Shown here in pieces: positions 1 through 10,876 of a stretch of DNA of 44,680 nt. The stretch is from Octopus bimaculoides (lineage: Eukaryota), in NCBI RefSeq assembly GCF_001194135.2, contig NC_068986.1:79022411-79067090 (forward strand), given 5' to 3'. Under the pieces are notes generated by a model, which saw only the letters and a list, made by a program, of their open reading frames with translations, did no database searches and was not told the DNA's origin. How positions within the stretch are numbered: the stretch's first letter is position 1; each line of letters begins with the position of its first letter. The translations under genes and the position numbers were made by a program.

Positions 1-33
<33 letters not shown>
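1..33. repeat. (TA)n microsatellite
   Basis: Direct inspection. Confidence 0.98.
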
Positions 34-34
<1 letters not shown>

Positions 35-910
35 GGAAAGAGAGTGTGTTGCGATAGCCGCGGTCGGAATGTACTTGAATTGATATATGTCTGTTCGATC
101 ACATTCGGCTAAGAATAAACAACATGAAAAGAACAGCGCATAGATAATTATAAATATATCGACATATTGACATTCACTAAGTTGTCATTATTTGTCCTTT
201 AAGTTACAGGCAATTATTATTTAGGTCGTAGGATGATTTTAATGAGCATGGAATATTCTATGTTTGCACTTAAAGATTTAATTTATATATTTTGTCTCCT
301 GTTTTGCTTTTCTTCAATAACGCAATGTAAATTACAATAATCTTTTTTTGAAGCGATAAGATAATTATTCAAATTTGGTAAATATAATTAATTATAGTAA
401 ACTAATACTAGTTCGAATTCATTTAGAAATAGACATCAAAGTAATAGTGGAAGCAATTACATGTTGTTCTTTATTTTTGTTTCGTTTTTTTCTTATGTTG
501 TTTTAAATACCAGTTCAGATTTCAAAACTGAGTTAATAAAATAAAAATAAAAATAAGGGATTATGTCGTTTCCAGTTCCATATATTTATGGCTTGTTATA
601 AAAATGTATTTAAATATCCTTCTAAGTTATCATTATATTTATGAATGTCACATATATTTTGAACTTTGTCGGTCTTTTATATGATTTAGCAATAAAATCG
701 ACATAAGCCTCTTTTGTAACGACATAATATTAAAACCATTCAATATACAAACAGTACTTACGCCTTTCTGTATCAAACATTTATAAATGTAGAAAGAGTA
801 AAATCTGAAATACGAAGACAGCGGTAATGGTCTATCTCGGTAACAGATAACCTATAAACGTGTTTATAGAAGAGTTTCATAAATGGAATTGTTATGATGT
901 ATGAAATATA

Positions 911-940
911 TGACGTTTCGAGTCTCTAGCTTCGTCGGGG
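911..940 (-). ncRNA. Degenerate minimal type I hammerhead-like motif (Penelope pLTR type), U4C core variant
   Basis: Minus strand CCGACGA-agctagagactc-GAAACGTC; palindromic ACGT helix III and GUC triplet; stems I and II poorly paired. Confidence 0.3.
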
Positions 941-1544
941 AGTGAGGAAGAAACTGAAAGTTTCAACACTTTGTAAGTAAGTGTTCATGTTGAATAAATA
1001 ATACAGGAGTACTTTGGGAGAAAGAGAGGCAAATGTTTATGATTGGGTCTAACGAAGAAGTGGAGGAAACTAAAAAAACAAAATGGTGATGAAAAGAAAA
1101 GATAGAACGCGTCATTGCGGAAGTATCAATAATACTTCCTCTCTGTTTCAGGGGTAGGGCAAGGAGAAAATAAATAAATAAGTAAATAAACAGATTGCTA
1201 ACTCCCACAAACAATTAAATTCATCGATCACTCTTATGAAGATGAGTTTTCAGAATATATAGTTTTTAGATGTTGACGATGAAATATTATGAGATATATA
1301 TGGTTATATACAACACTCAACCGACGAACTAAGTGATGAGAAAGGATATCAAATACAGAAAATTGCAGATCATTTGAAAATTAATGTATAATAGGCCAAT
1401 AAATAAATTCTATCCGTAAACTTAGCTACATAACAAGAAGGACTTTTCAAGCTACATAACAAAAAGGATATTTTCAAGAGGTATGAGTGACAGAAGAAAA
1501 GATAGTATGTGTAAGTGTGAGACAGAGGGAGAGGGGGAGGGGAT

Positions 1545-1810
1545 CTCAACACCTGAACAGCCTGTTCGGAAAATTAAAGTTTTAGTGGATGAGCACTCCA
1601 TTGGCACCTGTACCCTTCACGTAGATTCTCAAGGAGATTCAGCGGGACACAGAATGGGATGGGTTACAGGTACAACTCATTTTTCACATATGATTAAACT
1701 GGATCAACTTGAAATAAATCGTCTTGCTCAAGGACACAACGCGCCGCTGGAAATCGAACTCGCGATCTAGCAATCACCACACATTTACCCCTAGCCACTA
1801 ACCCAAGCAT
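1545..1810 (-). mobile_element. tRNA-derived SINE with CORE-like domain (same family as 33778-34101)
   Basis: Minus strand: tRNA-like head (gggttagtggctagggg...gagttcgatttcc), GTTGTGTCCTTGAGCAAGAC core, and body ctgtgtcccgctgaatctccttgagaa...ggagtgctca aligning with the 33.8 kb copy. Confidence 0.8.
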
Positions 1811-2505
1811 ATATATATATATANNNNNNNNNNNNNNNNNNNNNNNNNNNNNNNNNNNNNNNNNNNNNNNNNNNNNNNNNNNNNNNNNNNNNNNNNNNNN
1901 NNNNNNNNNNNNNNNNNNNNNNNNNNNNNNNNNNNNNNNNNNNNNNNNNNNNNNNNNNNNNNNNNNNNNNNNNNNNNNNNNNNNNNNNNNNNNNNNNNNN
2001 NNNNNNNNNNNNNNNNNNNNNNNNNNNNNNNNNNNNNNNNNNNNNNNNNNNNNNNNNNNATATATATGTAAGCATTTATGTACATATGGATGGATATTCA
2101 TATATTTATATATGTCTGTGTATGTATGTGTGTTTGAGTGTGTATGTATGTATATATATGTAAATATGTAAGTACGTAGGTGTGTGCTTATGAATCAACC
2201 TATCCAGCAAGTATGAGCGCGTTTGTGTGCTCGAGTCCGTACATATTTCATTCTCCATGATATGCTTAAAGCAATTAAGGTGTTCTGAGGAGAGGTAAAA
2301 AAACGCGATCAGTGACAGCCACAACAAGAACAACAGCAGCAATAAAACGAGAAACAGGAAAGTAGGCAGGCATCAATCTGCTGTCTAGATACTCCTTATA
2401 AGGAGACTGCTGAAAGATAACGACAGTATTTCCCTTTCATTGTTACCATTGGCAGTCTGTGTCTGTCGATTTCCCATCTCTCCTGATTACAATTTCATAC
2501 GCATA

Positions 2506-2549
2506 AACACACATACATACATACATACGTACATATATACATACATACA

Positions 2550-2583
<34 letters not shown>

Positions 2584-2607
2584 CATACATACATACATAC
2601 ATACATA
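2506..2607. repeat. (TACA)n microsatellite
   Basis: Direct inspection. Confidence 0.95.
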
Positions 2608-2835
2608 TTTTCATTAGAGTTCGTTTAAGTACTCGCCGTGAAACAGACAGCCCAGAGAATTATAGAAAATATATTTCCATTCCCGCAGCAAGCTCTGATT
2701 TCAAATATTTTTGTTAATTTATAATACACTAGGATGACATGCGTATTTCTGTCCAGTTAGTATACAGAAATATAATTCGGATACATACGCATATATAAAC
2801 ACACACAGACACACAGACACACACATACATATATG

Positions 2836-3077
2836 TTTGAATGTGGTGTGTGCCAGAGGGTTTGCAAATCCAATGGGGGTCTTAAAAGACATGTTAGGAT
2901 CCACAATGAGCAGAACTTACTTGCAGGTATTGGTAGTGCAAATCAGAGATGCAATCTGTGTGGGTGTTTTTTTTTTTCAAAACACTGTCTGGTTTAAAAA
3001 GCCACATCAGACGCCATGAAAGGGCTAAGGTGTAGGTGCAGGAGGTGGTCAAACTGTGTTTAAGGAGTAGACAACCA

Positions 3078-3080
<3 letters not shown>
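2836..3080 (+). mobile_element. Probable LINE (RTE-like) 3' end encoding two tandem C2H2 fingers, frameshifted
   Basis: Translation FECGVCQRVCKSNGGLKRHVRIH...QRCNLCGCF/FKTLSGLKSHIRRH (two Cx2Cx12Hx3H); frameshift in a poly-T run; short 3' UTR running into (TA)n; no TGEKP linker. Confidence 0.6.

Positions 3081-3145
<65 letters not shown>
3080..3145. repeat. (TA)n microsatellite
   Basis: Direct inspection. Confidence 0.95.
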
Positions 3146-3155
<10 letters not shown>

Positions 3156-3239
3156 CTATATGTATATCCCATACATATATATAATATAAGTAATATGTAT
3201 ATATGCATATATACATACGTATATTACATACTTACATTT

Positions 3240-3860
3240 ATACGCATATATATATATATGCATATGTGGGCACATGACGTCATAAAACGTATACAACAAA
3301 AAATATGAAGTACGAGTACATGGAATATGAACTATCTTTTCGAACACCGAAAGACACAAATGGAAAACAAAACAAACAACATAAATAACAACCATTCATC
3401 AGTTGTTGGCTGCTTTTCTAGTCTCGTATTTGAAGCTTTTAACAACAATATACGCTTTCGATAAAACAGTTGCTCCCGCAAAGCAAATTAAATAAAATTT
3501 CGGATTTTGTGGAGGGTCAAGATTGCTAACATAAACAAGACAGTGAAAACAAACAAGAAGGGCTGCTAAGCCTATACGAGTTTGTGGTGGCGAATGCGTA
3601 AATCAAGTATGGACAGAAGACAGACAAGAACACGTTTTCCTTGATCCAGCTGCAACGGAGACAAAGAAAGTAACACAAGTTAGGAGAAGAAAGTTGACCG
3701 ATGGTCACGTGGGGGCCACGTGAGCAAGGAAGGAGAAGTGAGGGAGAGAGAGAGAGAGAGTGACAAAGTAATAGGACGGAATGGTGGGAAAAGAGGAGGT
3801 AAAAGAATAAGAGAGAGAAAAACGAAAGAGTAAAAAGATCGTATAGAGTGCGCATCATAA
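3240..3860. repeat. Dispersed non-coding repeat family, copy A (possibly Penelope-derived, unconfirmed)
   Basis: Aligns by eye with 3990-4186 and 41860-42330 (gacgtcat...tacgagtacatggaatatgaac; ttcatcag; ctcccgcaaagcaaattaaat; ggagggtcaa; acagtgaaaacaaac; tggtcacgtg). Confidence 0.75.
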
Positions 3861-3989
3861 TTATTTAGATAAAACTTACTTTGAAGAGGATGTGTGGCGT
3901 TGAATCATATAATAATATAATNNNNNNNNNNNNNNNNNNNNNNNNNNNNNNTATATATATATATATATGCATATATACATACGTATATG

Positions 3990-4186
3990 TACATACATCT
4001 ATACGTATATACATATGTATATGTGGGCATAGGACGTCATGAAACATTTACAACAAAAAGTACGAGTACATGGAATATGAACTATTTTTTTCGAACAACG
4101 AAAGGCAGAAATGGAAAGCAAGACAAACAACATAAACAACGACCCTTCATCAGTTGTTGGCTTTTTTACTACTGTCGTATTTCGAG
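3990..4186. repeat. Same repeat family, copy B, truncated where the Tc1/mariner element begins
   Basis: Similar to 3240-3430; similarity stops at 4187. Confidence 0.75.
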
Positions 4187-4823
4187 CAAGGGTGTAGTGA
4201 ATAAATTGTCGTCTAAATTACGTAAAAAAGAAAATAACACAGATCTCTCATTTTAAGATATATTTACTTAAATTACATAAAAATATTTTGAAATACTAAA
4301 GAGTAACTTTATTCAATAAAATCGCCATTGCCTTTAACCACGGCCTTCAGATGACTTCGGAATCCCCTGCAAATCTTCTGGAAGTTTTCTTCTTGTAAGT
4401 TGGTGAATGCTACCATAATCCTTGCCTTCAGTTCATCTTTGGTGTTACAAGAAGTTTTGTTGGTCTCTTGCTCAACTGCGCTCCACATATAGTAATGAAG
4501 TTGGTTGCAGTCATTCAAAACACCTTGATGTCGCGTGGATGTTTGATTTTTATCACTTTCGGTACATGTTTTCGGTACACAATATACCAACGGTTGTTCT
4601 GTGTGTTCACCATCTATTCTTATTGGAGCTTTCGGCGCGAATGCCAAGCAATACAATATATTGTTTCCAAATTTTTGGCAGAGTGCATTGCGCCATGGTG
4701 CTGTTTTTCTCACAGACGGTGCCAAACTGACCCTACTATACTGTGTACTCGACAAAATCGAAAACAAAGTACATGCACGAAATTAAAAGTTTAAAATGGT
4801 AATATTTTACCCACTGCACGTTG
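4187..4823 (-). mobile_element. Internally deleted Tc1/mariner (maT/DD37D-like) element
   Basis: Minus strand joins an N-terminal piece (MAQCTLPKIWKQYIVLLGIRAESSN), a mid piece (NTQNNRW...HVPKVIKIKHP) and the C-terminus (DCNQLHYYMWSAVEQETNKTSCNTKDELKARI...AVVKGNGDFIE*); imperfect TIRs caagggtgtagtgaataaat / ttttacccactgcacgttg followed by TA. Confidence 0.75.
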
Positions 4824-4828
4824 TATAT

Positions 4829-4847
4829 GTACACACACACACACACA

Positions 4848-4906
<59 letters not shown>

Positions 4907-4945
4907 TTATATACACCTACACACATACATACAAACATGCACATG

Positions 4946-4995
<50 letters not shown>
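4829..4995. repeat. (CA)n...(TA)...(TG)n inverted compound microsatellite
   Basis: Direct inspection. Confidence 0.9.
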
Positions 4996-4999
<4 letters not shown>

Positions 5000-5019
5000 C
5001 GAGTGATATTCAAATGCCA

Positions 5020-5403
5020 GCACTAGCCGCTATTGTATTGTACCAAAGGTACCATCCACTCCATCTAAATTCAGCGCCAGGTACTGCAATAGTCTAGGGT
5101 TCAAAGGCCCACAGCTCCTGAATGTCCTGCCATAAAAATTTACAAAGTTGCATAACGGGTTAGTAGATCTCTTCAAAAATGAACTAGACATCCTCCTTTC
5201 CACAATACTGGATGAACCAACAGCCTGACATGAGGTTCAAACAAGGGCAGCGGAATCAAACTGCCTTACACACCAAATGGGCCAACAGCTGAGACAAAGG
5301 CACATACAGGAGTGGTGATGTGTAACACTCCAGACTGAGAAAATCAGCAAGATCACGGTGGTGCTCCAGCATGACCGCAAACAAGTAAACGAGTAAAAGA
5401 GAT
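5020..5403 (+). mobile_element. CR1-like LINE 3' end (degenerate ORF2 C-terminus plus 3' UTR/tail)
   Basis: Frameshifted translation CIVPKVPSTPSKF..RYCNSLGFKGPQL.NVLP...DLFKNELDILLSTILDEPT; ends ggtggtgctccagcatgaccgca...aacaagtaaacgagtaaaag. Confidence 0.6.
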
Positions 5404-5414
5404 GTATATAAATA

Positions 5415-5515
5415 TGCATGGCCTAGTGGTTGGGGTGTTGCACTCGCAGTCTCGAGACCGTGGTTTCAATTTGTAGACGGGGTGGTGCGTTGCGTTCTTG
5501 TTCAAGCGACGTCGA
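5415..5515 (+). mobile_element. CORE-type SINE head, truncated
   Basis: gcatggcctagtggttggggtgttgcactcgcag...gtggtttcaatt...gcgttgcgttcttgttcaag; A/B-box-like motifs plus degenerate core. Confidence 0.6.
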
Positions 5516-5601
5516 TTCGATGGAGGGAGGGAGCTAATGTACGGCACATATATTTGATTACTATAAACAAATCATTTGTGCAGGTCGTTCGGCAAGTATG
5601 T

Positions 5602-5684
<83 letters not shown>

Positions 5685-5685
5685 A
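5602..5685. repeat. (TG)n microsatellite
   Basis: Direct inspection. Confidence 0.95.
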
Positions 5686-6429
5686 TTTGATCTGTTATTC
5701 TGTTGGATAGATAAGACTAAACACTGCTGTTGATGTAATGGACTTCGCCTTCCTCTCAAAATTGCTGATATTGTGCATAGAATGAAGAACTATTTGTAAA
5801 AATGAATTATTAAGTCCACTATTTTCAGATCGAGTTACTTATCTTCGTGTTGCTATTGGAAACAATATCAAGTAATTGTAACCTCTCCGGCTATTTGAAA
5901 ATGACAGTTAGATAAGTACCAACTCTATATTATACCCTTTCATTGTACCCTGCTTCATTTTCCCACTTACTACTGCTGCATCTCAACTATAACGCTTCAC
6001 CCATACTACTGTCAAGCATCTACATCAGATACTGTAGTAAATACTTTGCTCAATCCTTCTTCCTCGGATCCGGATCTTTCTGGAATTTATTTCATGTGTT
6101 CATATTTGTTTCTTATTTTATCACCAGTCTGCACACATTCAAATTGAATATCAGCTACCTCAGGTTCAACAGCTCACTGCCGTTCCCCTGTCTATGGAAC
6201 CTTCATCAGCCATGTGTATTGCCAGCTTCTCTCCCCGAACTCACACATAAACTATATAGCATATCTATATTCCTATACTTAGAAAGTTCAAACGTAGTTG
6301 ACAGGTGTTTTAAATTTATTCTAAACCAGAGCAAGGGAAGAACTATGATTCTCTGGTCTCTATTAATATACTAGAAATTATAATATTTATTTCAACTTTT
6401 GGCATTATCCTACAAATATTGGCTATGTG

Positions 6430-6590
6430 CGTTGTCGACCTGTTGGCCTAGTACTTGACTAATACTTATTTTATCAACTCCGGAGAGATTAAATACATAG
6501 ACACTCCCATTGGGATTCGAACTCTGAATGTAATGGGATGTAAGAAAAGAGTGCCAAACATTTCATCCAGCACTCCAATGAATCTGCAAG
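6430..6590 (-). mobile_element. Degraded tRNA-derived SINE (family of 7716-7950)
   Basis: actaatacttattttatcaactccggagagattaaa...gggattcgaactctgaatgtaa...aaacatttcatccagcactc resembles the reverse complement of the family. Confidence 0.45.
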
Positions 6591-6924
6591 TGAAGAATTC
6601 TCCAACTGACGTTCTTTCGGGAAAATTATAATATTAAATTAAAATTTACTTTTTGCCTAGAGTTACTTATTATTCAGATCCGGATTTAATACATTTTGGT
6701 TCCGTTCCGTCACGCTCATGATAATGAAAAGGGTGAGAATAAATAGATTAAATATGATAAAGAGGGAGACGTGTGTTTATAATGAAATACAAGAGTGGCT
6801 ATAGACGGAGAGAAATATTTACGTCATAAAAGAAAGCGATGAATGGAAATAAGAGTGAAAGGAAACAAAAAGATAGTGGAAGTGGGAGAAAGCGAGGGAG
6901 AATGAAAATGGAAGCACGCGCACA

Positions 6925-7005
<81 letters not shown>
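6925..7005. repeat. (CA)n microsatellite
   Basis: Direct inspection. Confidence 0.95.
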
Positions 7006-7008
<3 letters not shown>

Positions 7009-7715
7009 CACGTACGCACGCACGCACGCAGAGGCAGACAGCGATAAAAAGAGAGCAAGAGTTTTGCAGATCTGATATTTTATCTCCGACCAAACATCCC
7101 GGTGAAGAAATTAGTGTTTGGTGATGAGGATTCTGAACAGAAGCTAAACCAAAATAGAAGCGATGCATTTTTCGCATTCCTTGACTGGCCTGAACTGTTC
7201 ATCGTTTCCTACTGTGTAAACACCGGTGTTTTTGATTTCTTGAACATTTTTTTCTTCTTTGGTCTTGTTATGCTATTATCGTAAAATATCAACTTTTAAT
7301 TTTGAAATCTTATGTTGTTGTAGATACATAATAAAAGAAAGTAAAAGGGGGAAAAGTGAGAAAATATATTAAGAAAGTAAATATAAATGATTAAGAAATT
7401 TGAAAGAGAAAGATCGGAGATGGAAAAAATAGGAAGATTTTTATGTTATTATTATAATTGTATTTGTTATAATGACTGCTGTCGTAGTAATGTTACTGTA
7501 AACAGCTATGGTAGTGGTGATGTTGGTAATTGTTGTTTTGACTACATTTTATGTTCCGATCTTATCGATATAAATAATACTGCTTTAATAGTTGTAGTAT
7601 CAGTTACTTAAAGTATTATTACTACTCCGCCAATGTTAATGTTCTGCTTTAAATAATTATTATACCATTATTAAACTAGTCTTTATTTCAATCCAACAAT
7701 AGCTACAAGAACATA

Positions 7716-7950
7716 GGGCGGTGAGCTGGCAGAATCGTTAGCACGCCGGGCAAAATGCTTAGCAGTATTTCGTCTGCCGTAACGTTCTGAGTTCAAATTC
7801 CACCGAGGTCTTTACCTTTCATCCTTTCGGAGTCGGTTAAATAAATACCAGTTACGCACTGGGGACGATGTAATCAACTTAATCCCTTTGTCTGTTCTTG
7901 TTTGTCCTCTCTATGTTTAGCCCCCGCCCCGTGGGCAATAAAGAAATAAA
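7716..7950 (+). mobile_element. Full-length tRNA-derived SINE
   Basis: A-box-like TGGCAGAATCG, B-box-like GTTCAAATTCC, body cctttcatcctttcggagtcg..aaataaataccagtt, A-rich tail caataaagaaataaa; homologous copies at 23510, 38861 and 39090. Confidence 0.85.
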
Positions 7951-7964
7951 TAACTACAAGAACT

Positions 7965-8115
7965 TAGGAATGGTTGTATGGTTAAGAAATTTGCTTTGGA
8001 AAGTTGTAGGTTCCTGTTCAATCTCACTGCGCAGTGTCTTCTGTTATACCACTGAGCCAACCAACGCTTTTTGAGTAAATCTGGCAAACAGTAATAATGT
8101 GAAAGACCGTGTTAT
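7965..8115 (+). mobile_element. Degraded SINE head/body (family of 33143-33300)
   Basis: tggttgtatggttaagaaatttgctt...gttcaatctcactgcg..gtgtcttctgttata..ccaaccaacgctttttgagtaaatctgg. Confidence 0.55.
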
Positions 8116-8275
8116 ATATAAATGGATTTCGATGCCAAACTGTTTGGACAAAACATTTGCTAGAATTAGGGTTGGAAGATTCCCACCGTCGATAGACCCT
8201 TTCTGTCCTATTTTTGGAATTATACATCTTATTTTTCAATTTCTTCTTAGTATTGATTTTAGGAAAGGGGAAGTG

Positions 8276-8303
8276 TGATGTTTCGAGCTTAGATCTTCGT
8301 CGG
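8276..8303 (-). ncRNA. Hammerhead-like motif, U4C variant, second copy
   Basis: Minus strand CCGACGA-A-GATCTAAGCTC-GAAACATC; stem II 3 of 4 pairs; helix III ACAT instead of ACGT. Confidence 0.3.
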
Positions 8304-8374
8304 AAAAGAGAAAGAGAAAAGCCCAATGATGAAGTAGAAATTGCCAACGGCACACATGTAGTTCCATTGCTGAA

Positions 8375-8419
<45 letters not shown>

Positions 8420-8470
8420 CGAGGCGCGTTCCAGCATTCAATATGGCTTGAAACATTTTCAAGAGAGCAT

Positions 8471-8618
8471 ATCTATTAATTTCGAAAAAGTACAAATTTC
8501 TAATCTCCTGCTAAGGAGGGTCCTCTGACGTCTATGCATNNNNNNNNNNATCTATTAATTTCGAAAAAGTACAAATTTCTAATCTCCTGCTAAGGAGGGT
8601 CCTCTGACGTCTATGCAT
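8471..8618. other. Assembly artefact: identical 69-bp segment duplicated on both sides of a 10-N gap
   Basis: 8471-8539 is identical to 8550-8618, separated only by the Ns. Confidence 0.85.
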
Positions 8619-8747
8619 TAAACTGAAGCCAAAGTTTACCTGACGTTCCCGTGTTCCTGCAGGTTACATCCGAAGTTGCAAGGAGGTGACTCATCTGTAA
8701 TAAAATATTAATCTTTAATATGGAGTTCTCTTTTTCTGAGAGTCAGC

Positions 8748-9185
8748 ATCTTAGATAGAATGAAGTTAATATTTGAAAATAATCATTTCTTTGGCAATAA
8801 CTTATATTCACAAATGAAAGGAATGGCAATGGGGAAGACAGTAGACCCTGAATATGTAACTTTCATAATGGTTTCTTAGAGGATAAAGTCTGTTCCCAGC
8901 TACTAGAAACCGTCAACCAACATTTCCCCATTTACATGAAGAACAATTGCTACAAGTATTTGATGACGATTTCCTTTTTCGGAAGAAAGATCATAATCAC
9001 CTAGAAAACTTCCATCTCTTTCTAAATAGGTTACGTACCTTGATAAAATTTGCAATGGAATAGTACGCAAGGATCTACCATTTCTTATATACTTGTAATC
9101 AAAGATGAAAACAATACTAAAACTTATCTTTTCTATAAAGCAACAAGCACAGAAACCAATACTTGAATTTTCATTCTTCTCATGC
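8748..9185 (+). pseudogene. Penelope-like element reverse transcriptase fragment (frameshifted)
   Basis: ILDRMKLIFENNHFF..NLYSQMKGMAMGKTVDPEYVTFIM/GFLEDK...CYKY/FDDDFLF...HLENFHLFLNRL..IKFAME...LPFL/ILVIKDE..TYLFYKATS..QYLNFHSSH matches the PLE RT motifs Q..G.AMG, YxDD and LPFLD. Confidence 0.85.
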
Positions 9186-9524
9186 CTTATATACAAATGT
9201 GTGTGTGTGTGTGTGTGTATTGGGTAAATAATCACCGAGCACAACAGCTTGCAGGAAAAATAATTAGCGGAATTCGACAGTTAAAACTCAATGTGGCAAA
9301 CGCTATGAACTTACAGTTAGATTTATTGTTACAGTTAAACAAATTAATAATAAAACTGTTACGCGTTAATTGTACATGGTTCAATTTGTATATCCGGGTT
9401 TCATGAAGCCCAGTGTATCGATTTCGCCTAGGCCGCAGCTAATGTAGTATAACATATATATTGTTTCTCGTCCTATCAATAGCCACTATTTTCTTTCTTT
9501 TGTTCATTACCATAAACATACTCG

Positions 9525-9564
<40 letters not shown>

Positions 9565-10209
9565 GAGAAAGAGATAATGAGAGATAGATACATAGATAAA
9601 GAGATATAGATATATATTTCTATATATGTATATATACATAAATGTATATATATANNNNNNNNNNNNNNNNNNNNNNNNNNNNNNNNNNNNNNNNNNNNNN
9701 NNNNNNNNNNNNNNNNNNNNNNNNNNNNNNNNNNNNNNNNNNNNNNNNNNNNNNNNNNNNNNNNNNNNNNNNNNNNNNNNNNNNNNNNNNNNNNNNNNNN
9801 NNNNNNNNNNNNNNNNNNNNNNNNNNNNNNNNNNNNNNNNNNNNNNNNNNNNNNNNNNNNNNNNNNNNNNNNNNNNNNNNNNNNNNNNNNNNNNNNNNNN
9901 NNNNNNNNNNNNNNNNNNNNNNNNNNNNNNNNNNNNNNNNNNNNNNNNNNNNNNNNNNNNNNNNNNNNNNNNNNNNNNNNNNNNNNNNNNNNNNNNNNNN
10001 NNNNNNNNNNNNNNNNNNNNNNNNNNNNNNNNNNNNNNNNNNNNNNNNNNNNNNNNNNNNNNNNNNNNNNNNNNNNNNNNNNNNNNNNNNNNNNNNNNNN
10101 NNNNNNNNNNNNNNNNNNNNNNNNNNNNNNNNNNNNNNNNNNNNNNNNNNNNNNNNNNNNNNNNNNNNNNNNNNNNNNNNNNNNNNNNNNNNNNNNNNNN
10201 NNNNNNNNN

Positions 10210-10248
<39 letters not shown>

Positions 10249-10251
<3 letters not shown>

Positions 10252-10783
10252 GAGATGATTATCAGGTATCCTGATAACGTGGCCAACCGATCTTAGAAGG
10301 CAGCGTTGAATGATGTCTTCGACACTGGAGATTCATTTTTGCTGGAAAGCTTCTGTGCGGGATACTTATCTTTCCAAGTAATGCGTAAAATGCAATTATC
10401 AGGATGCCTGATAATGATCTCCCGAAAATGAACTTCTTCGGAGAGCTATCAGTGGTTGCCCGCGCTGCGGACCTATGAAGAGGTTCAGGAACCATTCAAA
10501 CTCAACCCCTGCAACATTCATCCGGCACAACTTGAAAACTTTGCTTGGAACCAGAAAGCATGGTGCTCTCTCTGCGACGAAGGAGCTGCACACTTCGAAT
10601 TAAATCCACTTGAGAAACTTGAGGAAAAAAGACCTCAACGTCATTTCAGACTCACCAACAACATAATGGGTAACTTTCCTTGTCATCTGTGTTCAAGGAC
10701 ATGCCATTCTCGGATCGGGTTGTTTTCACATCTATCAACTCACAAAATGTAGGATAAAGATCCTAGAGGACAACGTCGTCGTC

Positions 10784-10790
<7 letters not shown>
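10249..10790 (+). mobile_element. 5'-truncated RTE LINE with inverted 5' segment
   Basis: Plus strand 10396-10752: IIRMPDNDLPKMNFFGELS...CHLCSRTCHSRIGLFSHLSTH*. Minus strand 10249-10395 encodes the upstream part (RITWKDK...ISSVEDIIQRCLLRSVGHVIRIPDNHLP). Confidence 0.8.
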
Positions 10791-10819
<29 letters not shown>

Positions 10820-10829
10820 NNNNNNNNNN

Positions 10830-10876
<47 letters not shown>

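Noticed and set aside
7716-7810. tRNA-like A/B boxes here and in other SINE heads
   Set aside because: No cloverleaf or anticodon arm, and they continue into SINE bodies; not tRNA genes.
8471-8618. Perfect 69-bp direct repeat
   Set aside because: The copies are identical and separated only by a 10-N gap, so this is an unmerged contig overlap.
8903-9244. 113-aa minus-strand ORF with an apparent splice donor
   Set aside because: It is the antisense shadow of the Penelope RT fragment on the plus strand.
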